Positions 27,548 through 42,100 of a stretch of DNA of 64,000 nucleotides are shown piece by piece. This DNA comes from the human T2T-CHM13v2.0 reference genome, Homo sapiens. The stretch lies in NCBI RefSeq assembly GCF_009914755.1, contig NC_060948.1; one strand, 5' to 3'. Position 1 is the first letter of the stretch; each line of letters opens with the position of its first letter. A program made the translations under genes and the position numbers. The notes under the pieces were generated by a model. That model was not told where the DNA came from and searched no databases. It saw only the letters and a program-made list of their open reading frames with translations.

Positions 27548-29254
27548 GGCTGGTTTAGGCAGTGGAGTTTCTTCTTCCTGAGATTTTAGATTCAAAATAG
27601 TTATTGCTTTACTTGAATTGTTGTGTTGGCAGGAGTTTATCTGAAAGTCCTGATGTGTGTGCACATTGCAGGTACAGTTGTATAAGTTAATGTGATGGCT
27701 TCTTAGTTGGTAGAGTCTGTTTTTGTTACGGGTGTGACTGGGTATATACAGGCTGCTGAGGTGACCGTCTCCATATTCACCGGACCACGACAATATGGGG
27801 CCCCAGTTCCACTATTTTCCAAAGTATGACATGCTGAACAAGACCCTGAAATTGTGGTTCACTGTGACCAGGCTGAGGCTGCGCTTTAAAAGGCAGAACT
27901 GCCAGCTTGGTGCCTTATTTTCCTTGTCATTCTAATGCATCTTTTGATAAGGAGACCAGAAAAGAGTATTTTAGTACGGAGACCAGAAAAGGGTCTGAAT
28001 ATGTGACAGCCCTCCTCATAGAGTTGGTACTATTTATTCATGACTCTCTTAAGTGTCAAGAAAGGTTGAGAGATCTGCTTCCTGGCACAGCCTGAGTAGG
28101 CTAGAGCACTGTGACCCGTAATGCTTAGCTCATGCGGTCTTCACAGAAATTTCAAAAAATCATAGGATACGCGGGGTAGAGAAAGAGCTGGTACAAATAA
28201 CAACTTGCAGGTGAAATAATTGGAAGCAGGAAGAGAATGGGATCTGCTTGGAAGAGTATACACACTGCCTAGGTGCAGCTGAACAGTCAAGTCTGTTCTC
28301 TGATTTGAGCCTTGTGTCTTGGAATTAACAGGTCCAGTTTGGCTCTGGCCTGAGTACTAAAATTTTGGTTCTAGAACCAAATGTGAACTCTGGACTCTGG
28401 AATTCCAGTTGGGTTTCACAGGCCGGTGGATTAAGGAGGCCCACATGAGCCCATAAATTGGGCTGTGGGTGGCTTTGCCACACATGACTGGCTGCTTTTG
28501 TGCCTAGACTCTCAAGGAAGAGGCATCTTCTTCCTCAAGGCAAGCCCAGGGAGGTCTGAAACTTATGGCTGCCAGTGAAGAAAAATGGTAATGCCTCTGG
28601 CCAGTGCTTTTGCCCCTCCTGCCTTGTGGCTTTGGGGATTCAATTTGCTCATCAAAAAATGGGCAATGAAATCCCCTCAGTGACTGGCTGCTCACCCCAC
28701 ATTTGCCTGGCCACTGCACAGAGCCCACTCACCACCTCCAGTTACATCCTGTGCTTCCACTGATTGGCTAGGGGAACATGCTCACTGAAGCCCAGGTGAC
28801 CTATCCTTTCTCCAATGCACAGCCTCATGCAGATGCCACCCAGCTTTCCTTTTAGATTGTAATCTTAGGGAGTTAGAGAGCACTAACTCATTGACGAATT
28901 AATCTGCTCTAACTTACTGACTAATAAATCAATAAGTCACTTAATGTTACAAGATGGGTGTGGGACTTGATACTCTTGATTTCTTTCCTCAGGTGGGACT
29001 GCACTGGGCATTGCCATCCTGATTTCGTTGTGAAAAAAGCTAGCAGGTGAGGCAGGATTCAAGGTCCAGGAACAGATCACAGCACCCAGGCTGGCCTGCA
29101 CAGGGGCCTCTGAGGCCCTTGCAGGCAGGAGGGCTCACTGGAAGTCCAGGCCCCTTTTCTAGGATGGTGACCATAGCCCCTCCCTGGACCTCTGAGGACA
29201 GCCTACTTGTTCTGCAACTTGCAACCACTGGATTCTAAGGGGTGAGCATCCAAT

Positions 29255-29278
29255 TGTGTGTGCGTGAGTGTGTGTGTA

Positions 29279-29322
<44 letters not shown>
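29255..29322. repeat. (TG)n microsatellite
   Basis: Directly visible. Confidence 0.97.
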
Positions 29323-29323
<1 letters not shown>

Positions 29324-30098
29324 ATGGCCTTCTGCTTCATTTCCATGGGATGTTCTCCTAGAAGAAATTCCTAGGGAATCCTGGGACTGTGCTGGAGATT
29401 CTCAAACTGCCAAATTCAGTAAGAGTTGTCTCAAGAATATAATTAGTAGTATTTTCTGCAGATTACTATGTCAGGGTTTCCTTTGCCAAAAAAAAATGTG
29501 TAAAAAACAAAGTTGTTAGTCCTTTACATTATTTTAATTAGGTCATCAAATAAACCTTTTATTTTCTTCAAACTTATTTTTATGACAATCATTGAATTTT
29601 TGTTTTCTTCTTTGTTCCAACTGTTACCTGTTTTAGAGAAAAATATTTAAAAAATGTGATACACAATTACTAACAAGTGACAGCAATTTATTTAAAATGC
29701 AATTAGATTTCTTAAATGAGTAAACAATTTCAGTAAACTTAGTTTGTGTTACTTGTATAAATTATTTTTCATCTTATCCTCAATCTTAAAAAAATTTAGC
29801 TAGGTATGCAATTCAAAATTGATAGATGTTTTATATAGACAACTTAAAAACATTTTATAGGTCATGTTGGGTAGTATAATTCTCACATATTTTATCTTAG
29901 AAATCAACACATTTGACAATTGATATTTATAGTATCTATAAAAGTGACTTTATAAACATGCTTTTATAGTTGCTAAAATTTTTGGAGAAAAAAATCTATT
30001 CTGGCCTTCATTAGTAAAACTTAAAGATGATAGAAATGAGACTATATTTACTGGCTAAATTAACGACAAAAACTGAAAGAGATTCATTTACTTATTCT

Positions 30099-31170
30099 TT
30101 ATCTTTCAGTATCTGATAATGAACAGAATTAAAGATGCTCAGAATCTGCATCAGTATAGAAATAAAGCAAACAGCTCTTGTGAAAGAATTATTGAAAATA
30201 TACAGAACAAACCTATCAATTATATTTAAAAATTTACCCAATTCATAGTCCAAAAAATACCACTCTTACAGAGGTTTACTACTGGCAGAATCCAGCGTTT
30301 CTTATGACCTGATACAACATAACCACTCTTTATATATCATCTGATTGCCCAAAATCTACCCAGAACTGAAGGCTAATCCTGCCAGTTCCTAAAAAGACAG
30401 TCTTCACACACAACCCATTTTCATTTAAGCTTGTTTCCCACATCAACCTTTCAGTAATGTCTGCCAGAACTACACTTCTGAAAGTCCAGGACAGCAGGGC
30501 AGAAAGGAAGACTACTTAGGTTATAATAAATGTTTTGTTTTGTTTTTCCATATCACACAGTATTTCTGTCCTCAGAGACATTAAGTTGAGGATGAGCTGT
30601 TTCAAAACCTAGAAATAAGGCTGGGTGTGGTGGCTCATGCCTGTAATCCTAGCATTTTGGCATGCCCAGGTGGGTGGATCACAAGGTCAGGAGATCAAGA
30701 CCATCCAGCCTAACATGGTGAATCACTGTCTCTGCTAAAAATACAACAAATTAGCCAGGCTTGGTGGAGGGCACCTGTATTCTCAGCTACTTGGTATACT
30801 GAGGCAAAAGAATAGATTTAACCCAGGAGACAGAGGTAGCAGTGAGCCGAGATTGTGCAACTACACTACAGCCTGGGCAACAGAGTGAGATTCCATCTCA
30901 AAGAAAGAAAAAATACCTAAAATCAAATGTAAAAAAGTGGCATGATAATTCTGTCTATGCCAGAATATAGAGGAGGAAGACTAAAACCATATTTTGTTAA
31001 TCTAAATGAAAAGAGTTCAGGGCATTTTAGGTTTCAATACCTGTGGTGAATACCCTTAACATGTGTCAGCCATTCCAGGTTTGACTGCATAGGCTAGCGC
31101 TCTGCCTTCCTCCATAGATGTTTAAATGTAGCACCATAATCCAATAATTTTACAAGGTTTTCATACAATT
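30099..31170 (-). pseudogene. TRIM60P: TRIM60-like pseudogene, 5'-truncated (end of coiled coil plus PRY/SPRY), Alu-interrupted
   Basis: Minus-strand translation gives NLKCPELFSFRLTKYGFSLPPLYSGIDRII, TAHPQLNVSEDR, CPAVLDFQKCSSGRHY*, RNWQD*PSVLGRFWAI and DSEHL*FCSLSDTER*, matching recalled TRIM60. Many stops. No RING or B-box seen. Confidence 0.88.
30619..30912 (+). mobile_element. Alu (AluS) inserted in the TRIM60 pseudogene
   Basis: Dimeric Alu with a degenerate TSD aaaacctagaaataa / aatacctaaaatcaa. Confidence 0.9.
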
Positions 31171-32544
31171 ATGATCTCTTTTTGAGAACAATTAATGTCA
31201 TTTATTATAGATGTTTTCAATTTTTCACTAGAGACAGTAGGCTAATTTTAAAAAGACTATTTTTTAATCATGTAGCTTCTATTACATAGCTAGTTTTGTC
31301 TTTTTTACTTCGTGTATATGCCAAAAAGACCTCATGACTTATTAAACATTCAACTATTTACTTGAATAAATTGGCCCTATGCATTTAATCAGCTCAATTA
31401 TATCAATTTTATGAAGTAAAATGAACAATAACTAAACAAAAATTGGATTAATCGCATTTTCTAATTGAAACAAAATATAAAATATACTAAATAAATAACA
31501 TTCAATAATGCACACACTGTGAAATTACTCACATGTGAAAGTTATTTTGGGAACACCATTATATTTTACCAAAGCCACTTTCATAATCTGTGAGGAAATT
31601 ATACAAATAATGTTTTACAAAATTGGACAAAAACAAAATTGTGTATTATGTTTACAGTTAGCCACAAATGAACAGATATAAAAAAAGTAATTTGCATAAG
31701 ATATTTCAAAGCCAGGAGCAATGACATATTAGATAAATACGTTTAATACAAAGCAGAGAAAATAAATTTGCTTTCAAATTCTTTGAAGATTCTGGTTTGC
31801 TGGTGACTTATCAATGCTTGTATAACTACCTATTTCATTCTAATATTTTTCTTTTCTTCTCAAAGTAGGTACATGACCGTAAACAAATACGATTATTCTC
31901 TATAAATCTGTTACACCTAAAGTTTATTTTACAGTGATATATCTGTATATTTAAAACCATGTAAACCAAAACTGAAAGTCTGTATATGTTTAGCAGACCA
32001 GAGAAGTCATATTTTTAAAAAAAAGTTGGATAAAATGTTTTAAATAGTTGTTCAGAATTCTGAAACATGTAGTTCCATTATACTCAAAGTCTTCATTGCA
32101 ACCATCATAATAATCTGTAGTTACAAGAAAAACAAAAATGTAAGTGCTAGAAACCATATTCTCAAAATTATTTTCAGTTAAAGACCACTAACAAAGTAAC
32201 CACTAGAGATGTTATTTCACTGTCACCAGATAGTATATTGTTACCATCTGTTACCTACAACCTTGAGTAAGATGGGAAAAGTTAACATCAGTGGCAAAAT
32301 ACACATTCAATGTAAAATAGCCATAACACAAAAACAACAATTTTGGCTTATTAAAACAAATTAAGTTCACACATTGCCATTAAAAAGGCATTTTTAAATT
32401 CACTGTATTTTAATTACATTAATTTGCAAATGGTAAAGGAATTTTCTTCTAAAATTCATATGGTTTCTCTTACTGTGCAGAATGCTATCCTGATCACTTA
32501 AAACACTCCTATCATCCTGTCACATATAATACTGCTGTTAACAT

Positions 32545-32888
32545 GGCCAGATGCAGTGGCTCATGCCTGTAATCCCAGCACTTTGGGAGGCTGAAGCGGG
32601 CAGATCACCTGAGGTCGGGAGTTTGAGACCAGCCTGACCAACGTGGAGAAACCCCGTGTCTACTAAAAATACAAAATTAGCCAGGCGTGGTGGTGCATGC
32701 CTGTAATCCCAGATACTCGAGAGGCTGAGGCAGGAGAAGTACTTGAACCTGGTTGAACCTGGGAATTGGAGGTTGCAATGAGCAGAGATTGGGCCATTGC
32801 ACTGCAGCCTGGGCAACAAGAGTGAAACTCCAACTCCAAAAAAACAAAAACAAAAACAAAAACAAGACAAAACAAAACAAAACAAAAA
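32545..32888 (+). mobile_element. Alu (AluSp-like) with a (CAAAA)n tail
   Basis: cctgaccaacgtggagaaacccc. TSD atactgctgt(t/a)aac. Empty site at ~416-433. Confidence 0.92.
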
Positions 32889-33097
32889 TACTGCTGTAAA
32901 CCAACCATTAAGTAGCCTTTCTACTAAGATTTTCTTCATTTACATTAGATTTCAGTTTTCTTAACCTTCCATGAAAAAGAATATAAATCTGTCTATCTAA
33001 TTTAGAAGAACCTCTCATAACTCTGGTACAGCAACAATTGACCATGTTCTTTCACATAAACACTAGAAATGAAGAGAGCATCAAATGTAAGAGTTAA

Positions 33098-33434
<337 letters not shown>

Positions 33435-33469
33435 TAATTTCTTTTAAAATAAAAAGGTAGGTTTCTTTT

Positions 33470-36165
33470 AGAGGAAAGTAGTCAAGATTGCCAGCTAGAA
33501 TCTGCTGGACTGCGTAGTTCTCACAGAGAGAAATGCAAAATATGCATAAATACAGCACCTTAAACTGAAACATCCAGGTACTAGCATTGGGAACAATCAA
33601 AGAAACGACTTATCTAATGGAGAATGGAGTAAAGGAAGGTAGAATAATGGGCCATCCGGGAAAAACAAGAAGCCAAGGGAAACTTTCCACCCAGTAAATC
33701 AGTAATTGCATGTGTGACCCTGGCAACCCACAATTCTGTCACTGATTTTGCAACCCTCAGGTAAGGAGATACCCTCGTTAACCCACTTCATTATGGCCTT
33801 CCGTTTAACAAACAGAGCTACATGGAGTCACAGCAGAGCAGTCACCCAGGCCAGTGCAGAGATTCAAGAGCCTTAGATAATCTGGCTCTCCAGGCTTCCA
33901 AGAAAAATTAGCTGCAACTCCAGCAAAGCAGGAGGTTACATCCTTGTACACTCCCATAGGAAACAGGCAGAATCCAGGGGCCTGAGCAGCGATGGTCTGT
34001 AGGACTCATTTCCACAATTCCTCACAGGGTAAGATCTACTGGCTTACAATTCCAGCCAACCATTGATAACAGCATTTCACCTCCACGTGATGGAGCTACC
34101 AGAAAGAGGGGTGGCCCACCCTCTTTGCTGCTTTGGCAAGTTAGCCATTCCAGCCTTCAGGCTTTGAAGAGCTCAAGCCGACTGGGGACAGAAAGAATCT
34201 CCTAGCACAGTACAGGTGCTGTAAAAAGACATGTCCAGATTGCCTGTTAAAGCAGGTCTGCAATCTCATTCCTCCTCACTGGGAAATACTTTCCAACCAG
34301 GGTGTCCATCTACCACCACTGGTGCTATTTGATCGATGGAATTTGGAAATGTCTTTGGGATACAGTTCCTGGAGGGAAGAGTGAGCTGCCCTTTTTGCTG
34401 TTTGTGTGACTTAGCTGTTCCAGCCTTCTGGCTTTTGAGAATCCAAATAAACTGAGGGTGGAAGTGGTACCTCTGCCCAGCAGAGCTGTCCTACAGAAAT
34501 GTGGCTAGATTGCTTTTCAAGTGGGTCCCCAATTATGTCACCCTCACTGGGTAAGATCTTTCAACTGAGATTTTTAGCTACCTCCTATATGTGCTTTTGT
34601 GCTGGAAACAGGTCTAACCTCCCTGGGACAGGGCTCCCAGAGAAAAGGGCATGTTGCCATTGTTGTTGTTTTGCAGCATTTACTGGTGATAACTTCAGAT
34701 ACTGGAAAATTGGAGATGACTAGAAACTGCAATGGACACTCAGGATAATCCAACAGCCCTTCAGAAAGTGGCCAGATTGTTACGTAAGGGCCTGTTCTCC
34801 TATATTCTCTTTGGGAAGGTTCTCCAGGACTGGCCCACTAGCCAATCATTCCCAGAGTTATTGAGCCAGTAGCAAGTTAGCAATTCCCTGGACAGAGACT
34901 CCAGCAGCAATTGAAAATACTTCTGCCACTGCCCCTGCAGTAGAACTGTCCTTGCTTCCCTCAGGCTAATGAACAGTCCAAAAACTTAAGTGCGTTATTC
35001 ACACCTTAAACAAGCTGCAGTTTACCCAAGGAGAAGAGGCCAGTCCATCCTCCTTGGGTTTCACACACTCCTCACTGCTCCTCACCAGACAGTGAACCTC
35101 TACTTGGCCAAAAGCAGAGCTCCTCCATCCTGGGCTGACTGCACTGAGGGATTGCTGACCTACATCTCTCTGAGATGCAGCCCCCCAGAAGAGAAGCAAA
35201 GAGGTGGGCCAGCAAGCCAGCTTATGTGGTGTCCAGTGGGTTTGGCACAAAAGCATCTGTAGGAAAGTGTGGCCAGTGATGGCCATTTCTCTAGGCTAAA
35301 CTTTCTCTCATAAGAGACTTTAGCCCTAGAGAACCTGTTGGACCTAATTTCTGCAGGATAGTCTTGCAAATGAGAAGAAGCGTCTCCAACTGAGCACTCC
35401 TTGGTCTGCTGGTCTCTCCCAGGGTCCCAGTCTGGCTGCAGCCACTTACAGGGCAGTCTCAGCTCCTCTGGAAGAGTAGTTTACCATACCATGGCATCTG
35501 CATTGGTGGACGATGCCTGAGCCCTAACTGCTCCAGCAAAGCAGCCCCTGTGGCTGCACCAGCACACAGGTATGTTCCCCATACTGCAGCTTCTCCAGAG
35601 ACCATGGCAACTCCTGATATTACTTTGGTGGCACATGTCTGCAAAGGTGGGTTGGACTTTGCTTGATCCATCAGCAAATAAGAATGCAGTATTCCCCTGC
35701 CACCCACAGCAGCTTCTACTGTAGATGAAGCTTTGGTGGGCAGAGAGCCAGAAAGGCACAACTCTGCCTTTGTGTTAACACTGTGCAGAGAACTGTGTAT
35801 TCTCCCACACTCTGAACAATCACTTCTTTATTGGTGGGGCACAAAGAAGGCATCAAACATTCACTGGCCAGCTTCCTGCACCAAGCTAACACAACCAACC
35901 ATTATTAGCGCAACAGCACACACAGTGTCCAGCAGTTACGTCCTCAGTCACCTCCCAACTTCTTTGCTCCTGCCACTAAGGTAAATGCCCAGAGGCAGGC
36001 AGAAAACCCATATCCACTACCACTTTGCTGCAGCTGCGGCATGCTAGTCCTACAAAGTGATGGACTTGAAATATCAAGGAGCCAGAGAAGATGGTTGGAA
36101 ACAAATACAACTGCCCCAGAGTATGCAGCCTCTGAGTTGTGAGCTGAGCATTGTCTCCCTGCCAC

Positions 36166-36198
<33 letters not shown>

Positions 36199-38893
36199 CC
36201 CAGGAACAAAGCCCGTAGGCTCAATCTACTTTATACCACAATTGGATATTACAGGCCATTGAATAGGATTAAAAAAAAAAAAAAAAAACTCCATTCAAAT
36301 GTCAGCAACCTCAAAGATATGCCCACAAAGATTTGACAAAATCCGTGCAAAAATGTTGAAAACACAAAAAACCACAGTGACTTCTTTCATCCAAATGACC
36401 AAATTATGTAATTTGGTCATTTCAGCAAGGCCTAAGATGACAGAAGTAGAATTCAGAATATGGATAGAAATAAACTTCATTGAGCTACAAATGTAAGTTG
36501 CAACCCAATGCAATAAAAGGAAAAAATTGCAGGAATTAATGGAAAAAACAGCCAATCAGGAGGAAAATGTGGTCAACCTGATAGAGCTGAAAAACACAAT
36601 ACAAAACTTTATAATGTAATCAAAAGTCTTAACAACAGAATAGGCCAAGCAGAGGAAAGAATCTCAGAACTTCAAGACTGGCTTTCTGAAATAAGACAGA
36701 CAAGAATAGTGAAAAAAGAATACAGAGAAATGAACCAAAGTCTCTAAGAAATACAGGATTATGTAATGAAACCAAATCTATGATTAAAAAGAACATCTGA
36801 AATTGATGGGAAGAATGAAAACAACTTGAAATACCTATTTCCAGATATCATCCATGAGAATTTTTCCAGCCTAGACAGAGAGGTCAACATTCAAATGAAG
36901 GAAATGTGGAGAACCCCAGTAAGATACCCTACAAGAAGGTCACCCTCAAGACACGAAATCGTGAGATTCTCCAAGGTCAAAATGAAAGAAAAAAATGTGT
37001 TAAAGGCAGTTAGAGTGAAAGGCCAGGCCACCTGTAAAAGAAGACCATCAGACAAACAACAAACCTTTCAGCTGAAATCCTACAACTCAAAAGAGACTAG
37101 GGGCCAATATTCTACATTCTTTAAAAAAAAAGAATTCCAAACAAGAATTTTCAGAGGAACCGGCCCCGAATATTTCAACATAGGTTCTTTTCTATTTTCC
37201 CTAAGTGTTGGCTGGTCTGAGAAATAAAGGGAAAGAGTAAAAAAAAAAAAAAAAAAAAAAGGGAAATTTTACAGCTGGGCCTCTCGGAGTGACATCACAT
37301 GTCAGCAGGTTCTGTGATGTCCACCTGAGCCACAAAACCAGGAAGTTTTTATTAGGGATCTCAAAAAGGGAGGGGTGTATGAATAGGGAGTGGGTCACAG
37401 GGTTCACATGCTTCATAGGGCAATAAAAGATCACAAGGCAAGGGGGCAGAGCAAGATCACAAGGCAAAGGTGAAATTAGAATTACTGATGAAGGTCCATG
37501 TCCCAATGGGCATGCACTATCATTGATAAACATCTTAACAGGAAACAGGGTTTGAGAGCAGACAACGGATCTGACTAGAATTTGCCAGGCTGGAATTTCC
37601 TAATCCTAGCAAGCCTGAGGGCACTGCAGGAGACCAGGAAGTATTTCATCCCTTATCTTCAACTGCATAAGACAGACACTCCCAGAGCAGCCATGTTAGA
37701 GAACTCCCCCTGGGAATGCCTTTTTTTCCCAGGGCTATTCCTTGCTGAGAAAAGAATTCAAGGATATTTCTCCTATTCACTTCCTGCAAGAAGAGAAGTA
37801 TGATTCTGTTCTGCCTGGCCCCGTAGGCAGTCAGACCTCATGGCTGTGTCCCTTGTTCCCTGAACATCGCTGTTATCCTGTTCTTTTTCAGGGTGCCCAG
37901 ATGTCATATTGTTCAAACACACATGCTTTACAAACAATTTGTGCAGATAACGCAATCATCACAGGGTCCTGAGGCGACGTACATCCTCAGCTTATGAAGA
38001 TGAAAGGATTAAGAGATTAAAGTAAAGACAGGCATTGGAAATTATGAGAGTATTGATTGAGGAAGTGATAAATGTCCATGAAATCTTCCCAATTTATGTT
38101 CAGAGATTGCAGTAAAGACAGGCATAAGAAATTATAAAAGTATTCATTTGGAGAACTGACAAATGTCCATGAAATCTTCACAATTTATGTTCTTCTGCCA
38201 TGGCTTCAGCAGGTGCCTTCATTCAGAGTCCCTGACTTCTCACAACAAGAATTCTATATCTTACCAAAGCAAGCTACAGAAGTAAAAAATAAATATAATC
38301 CTATTCAGATAAGCCAACGCTGAGGAACTCTGTTACCACAAGACCGGCCTTACAAGAGCTTCTGAAGAAAGCAGTAAATAAGAGACTATTACAAGTCACT
38401 ACAAACAAAATAAAAACAAAACAAAAACAAAACAAAACAAAACAAACCCCCAAAAAACCCACTAAAGTACATAAACAGCTGGCACTATAAAGCAACTACA
38501 TAAATGTGAAAATTAGCCAGCTAAGATCACAGGGACAGAATCAAATCCACGCATAAAAATGCTAACTTTAAATGTAAATGGGCTAAATATCCCAGTTAAA
38601 AAACAGAGTGGCAAATTGCATGCAGAGTTAATATCCAAGGGTATGCTGTAACTGAGACACCCATCTAAAATAAGATAACAATAAATTGAAAAAGAAAAAT
38701 CTACCAAGCAAATAGAAAACAGGAAAAAAGCAGCCGTTGAGATTATAGTTTCTAGCAAAACAGACTTTTAAGTCAACATAGATTTTTTTAAAAAGACAAA
38801 AAAGAACATTACATAAGAGTAAAGTGCTATATATGCACCCAATACAGACACATACAGATTATAAACCAAGTTCTTAGAGACCCTCCAAGATGT
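33470..38893 (+). mobile_element. Paralogous old L1 5' half, interrupted by a MER11 LTR
   Basis: Colinear with 710-5597. ORF1-like IIHENFSSLDREVNIQMKEMWRTPVRY at 36826. Confidence 0.8.
37150..38247 (-). mobile_element. MER11 solo LTR (HERV-K11/HML-8)
   Basis: Minus strand begins tgttgtgagaagtcagggac..gaagccatggcagaagaacataaattgtgaag. Internal 90-bp tandem at 38021/38111. 6-bp TSD AGAATT at 37144-37149 and 38248-38253. Empty site in the paralogue near 5005. Confidence 0.88.
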
Positions 38894-38904
38894 TAAGTAA
38901 ATGG

Positions 38905-39705
<801 letters not shown>

Positions 39706-40256
39706 CTGAAACAAACAAACAAAAAAAGACAAAATTTCTCCCTCATTAGACTCAGGTGAATACACTTGACAAATGTGTAATTATACAAAGCACATTAACA
39801 AGGTGACAATAAAATACCACAGGGCCTAATTCCTTTATAAACATATAAGTTTAACATAATATACTTACCAAAATGCCTTTGTGAGAAGTCCAAGACTCAG
39901 TTAAGCATTTGCAGCACCAAGTGAGCAAAATGCCAAGAACCACATAGGAGTGTAATAAAAGTATTTCATATTTACCCACTACACACATATTTTATCCTAT
40001 GAAAAGTGTAGAGACTGACAACTCCTGTCTTACCCCTTCAAAAATAAATAAAACAGTGACATGTCCATGCTTCTGGCTTTTTGAGTTTTTACCAAAGACA
40101 AATTCCTACATTCCAAGACAGTGTTGAAAGGAAAGATGGTATACTTTGACTGAGACTAAAGACAAATAACTGTTACAAAAAAAGAAAGACTTCAGTATCA
40201 TAGGCAGACTATGGGTATCCAGCTGACTGCAGGATCTCAGTGAGAAATATGGGGAA

Positions 40257-40362
40257 CGGCTGGGAGTATTGGATCACACCTGTAATTCTAGCTATTTGGG
40301 AGGCTGAGGTGGGTGGATCAGCTGAGGTAAGAAGTTCAAGACCAGCCAGGTCAACATGGTGA
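40257..40362 (+). mobile_element. Alu left arm, remainder deleted; paralogue of 7402
   Basis: Same flank (gagaaatatggggaac) as 7385-7400. Confidence 0.85.
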
Positions 40363-42100
40363 AATATCCAGAAATCAGTTATAAAAAATGGAGATATAAA
40401 TGGTAATATAAAAATTACCAGAGGCGATTTGGGTTAGTTTAGATCTATTTTTAAAAAGAAAAAAAAAAAGTGCTAAAAAGTGAAAATCACCGTGTCAATG
40501 ATGCTTAATCAGTAAAATAGAAATAAAGAAAAAAACATAAAAATAAATAAATGAAACCAACAAAAGATAAAAGTCACAAAAAGGAATGAAAATTGTGCAG
40601 TAGAAGCACAAAAAAAGACTAATATGCAGTTCAACATCAGTAAAAAATTTTAAGAAACTCAAGAAGCTCAGACAATTTCAACTAAGGTTAACACAAAGAG
40701 ATTTCTAACAAGACAAAACATAAGCAATGTTTTGAAAGTCAGAGAAAAGAAGAGAATCTGGAATTCAGAAATAAAAAATAGATGTGTTATTCATATGTAT
40801 GCTTCTGCAAGATTACCAGTAAATTTATGAATGTCAATCTTTTGGGCATGAAGGGAATAAGATGACATAGTTAAAACACTGAAATAAATAGCCTAATAAA
40901 GAATACTATAGCCTGCAAAATTATCTTTCCAAATGAAAAAAAAAAATGTGGCTATGTTGTAGTCTATATCAGGATGTAACTATGTCATGCCTTTAAGAGA
41001 CTCATTTCAGATCTAATAAAAATTAGACTGAAAATGGCAGTATAAAAATACATTCCATGCAAGTGTTAATCAAATGAGAGGAGAAGAGGTAACAATTTAT
41101 TAAGTTGAAAACTGTTATATTTATATAATTTATTTTATGTTAAAATTCACAAGGGACAAAGTAGGACATTCAAATGCAGTAAGAGGGTTCATTCACTGAG
41201 AACCTATAAATGCAGGACAGTTATTCCAAACACATAAATCAAACATTGACAGAATTGAATCAAAAATAGGCAGGCAGCAATGAGATAGTGGAAGTATATA
41301 TCAATACCCCACTTTCAGTAATAAATAAAGCAAGACAGAATATCAATGAGGGAACAAAAACTTGAATGTACTGTACAACAACTACACCTAAGAAATGTAT
41401 AGAGACAACAGAATAGACTTTCTTTTCAATAGCACATAAAACATTTTCCTAGATGGACCACATGTGACACCACAAAAGAAGTCTTAATTATTTTTCAGTT
41501 GAAATTTTACAGAAAATTATTTATAGCCCAGACGGAATGGAACTAGAATTTAGTAACAAAAGAAAAGCAGAAAAACTCCAAAAATATAAAAATTAAGCAA
41601 CACAGTTTTTTTTTTTTTTTCTTTTGAGATGGACTCTCACTCTGGCACTCCGGAGCTAGGTTGGAGTCCAGTGGCACAATCTCAGCTCCACTGCAATCTC
41701 CACCTCCTTGGTTCAAGCCCTACTTGGCCTCCAAAAATTCTGGGATTAGAGGTATGAGCTACCATGCCCAGAAAACAACGCACTTTTAAGCATGCTGTTT
41801 TTCAAGGGTTGGAAGATAAAATATTATGAAGATGTCCATACTGCTTAAAGTGAAGCACACCGGCAACACACTCCTTTTCAATTTTTAATTTTACTTTTCC
41901 AAAAATAGACAAAACTCCACAAAATTACTTGAGATTCCAATAAACCGTGAAAAGCCTGACAATCTTAAAAATATATATAGGAAGCATTACACATAACAAT
42001 TTCCAAACACAAAGCAAACCTACATTAATCAAAGGATTGTGCTGCCGGTATAATGGTAGAACACCAAAGTCATGAAACAAAATTCAGCACAGATATAAAC
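40362..42100 (+). mobile_element. Paralogous old L1 fragments
   Basis: Colinear with 8663-10525. Confidence 0.65.
41605..41771 (-). mobile_element. Internally deleted Alu; paralogue of 9905
   Basis: gttcaagccc|tacttggcctcc fusion, with the same flanks as 9905-10190. Confidence 0.8.

Noticed and set aside
27550-29250. Unassigned moderately GC-rich sequence with several short ORFs and a 27-bp spaced repeat (ggagaccagaaaag) near 27951
   Set aside because: Could not be matched to any gene or repeat family from memory, so left unannotated.
38021-38192. 90-bp tandem duplication
   Set aside because: An expected internal feature of MER11 LTRs.
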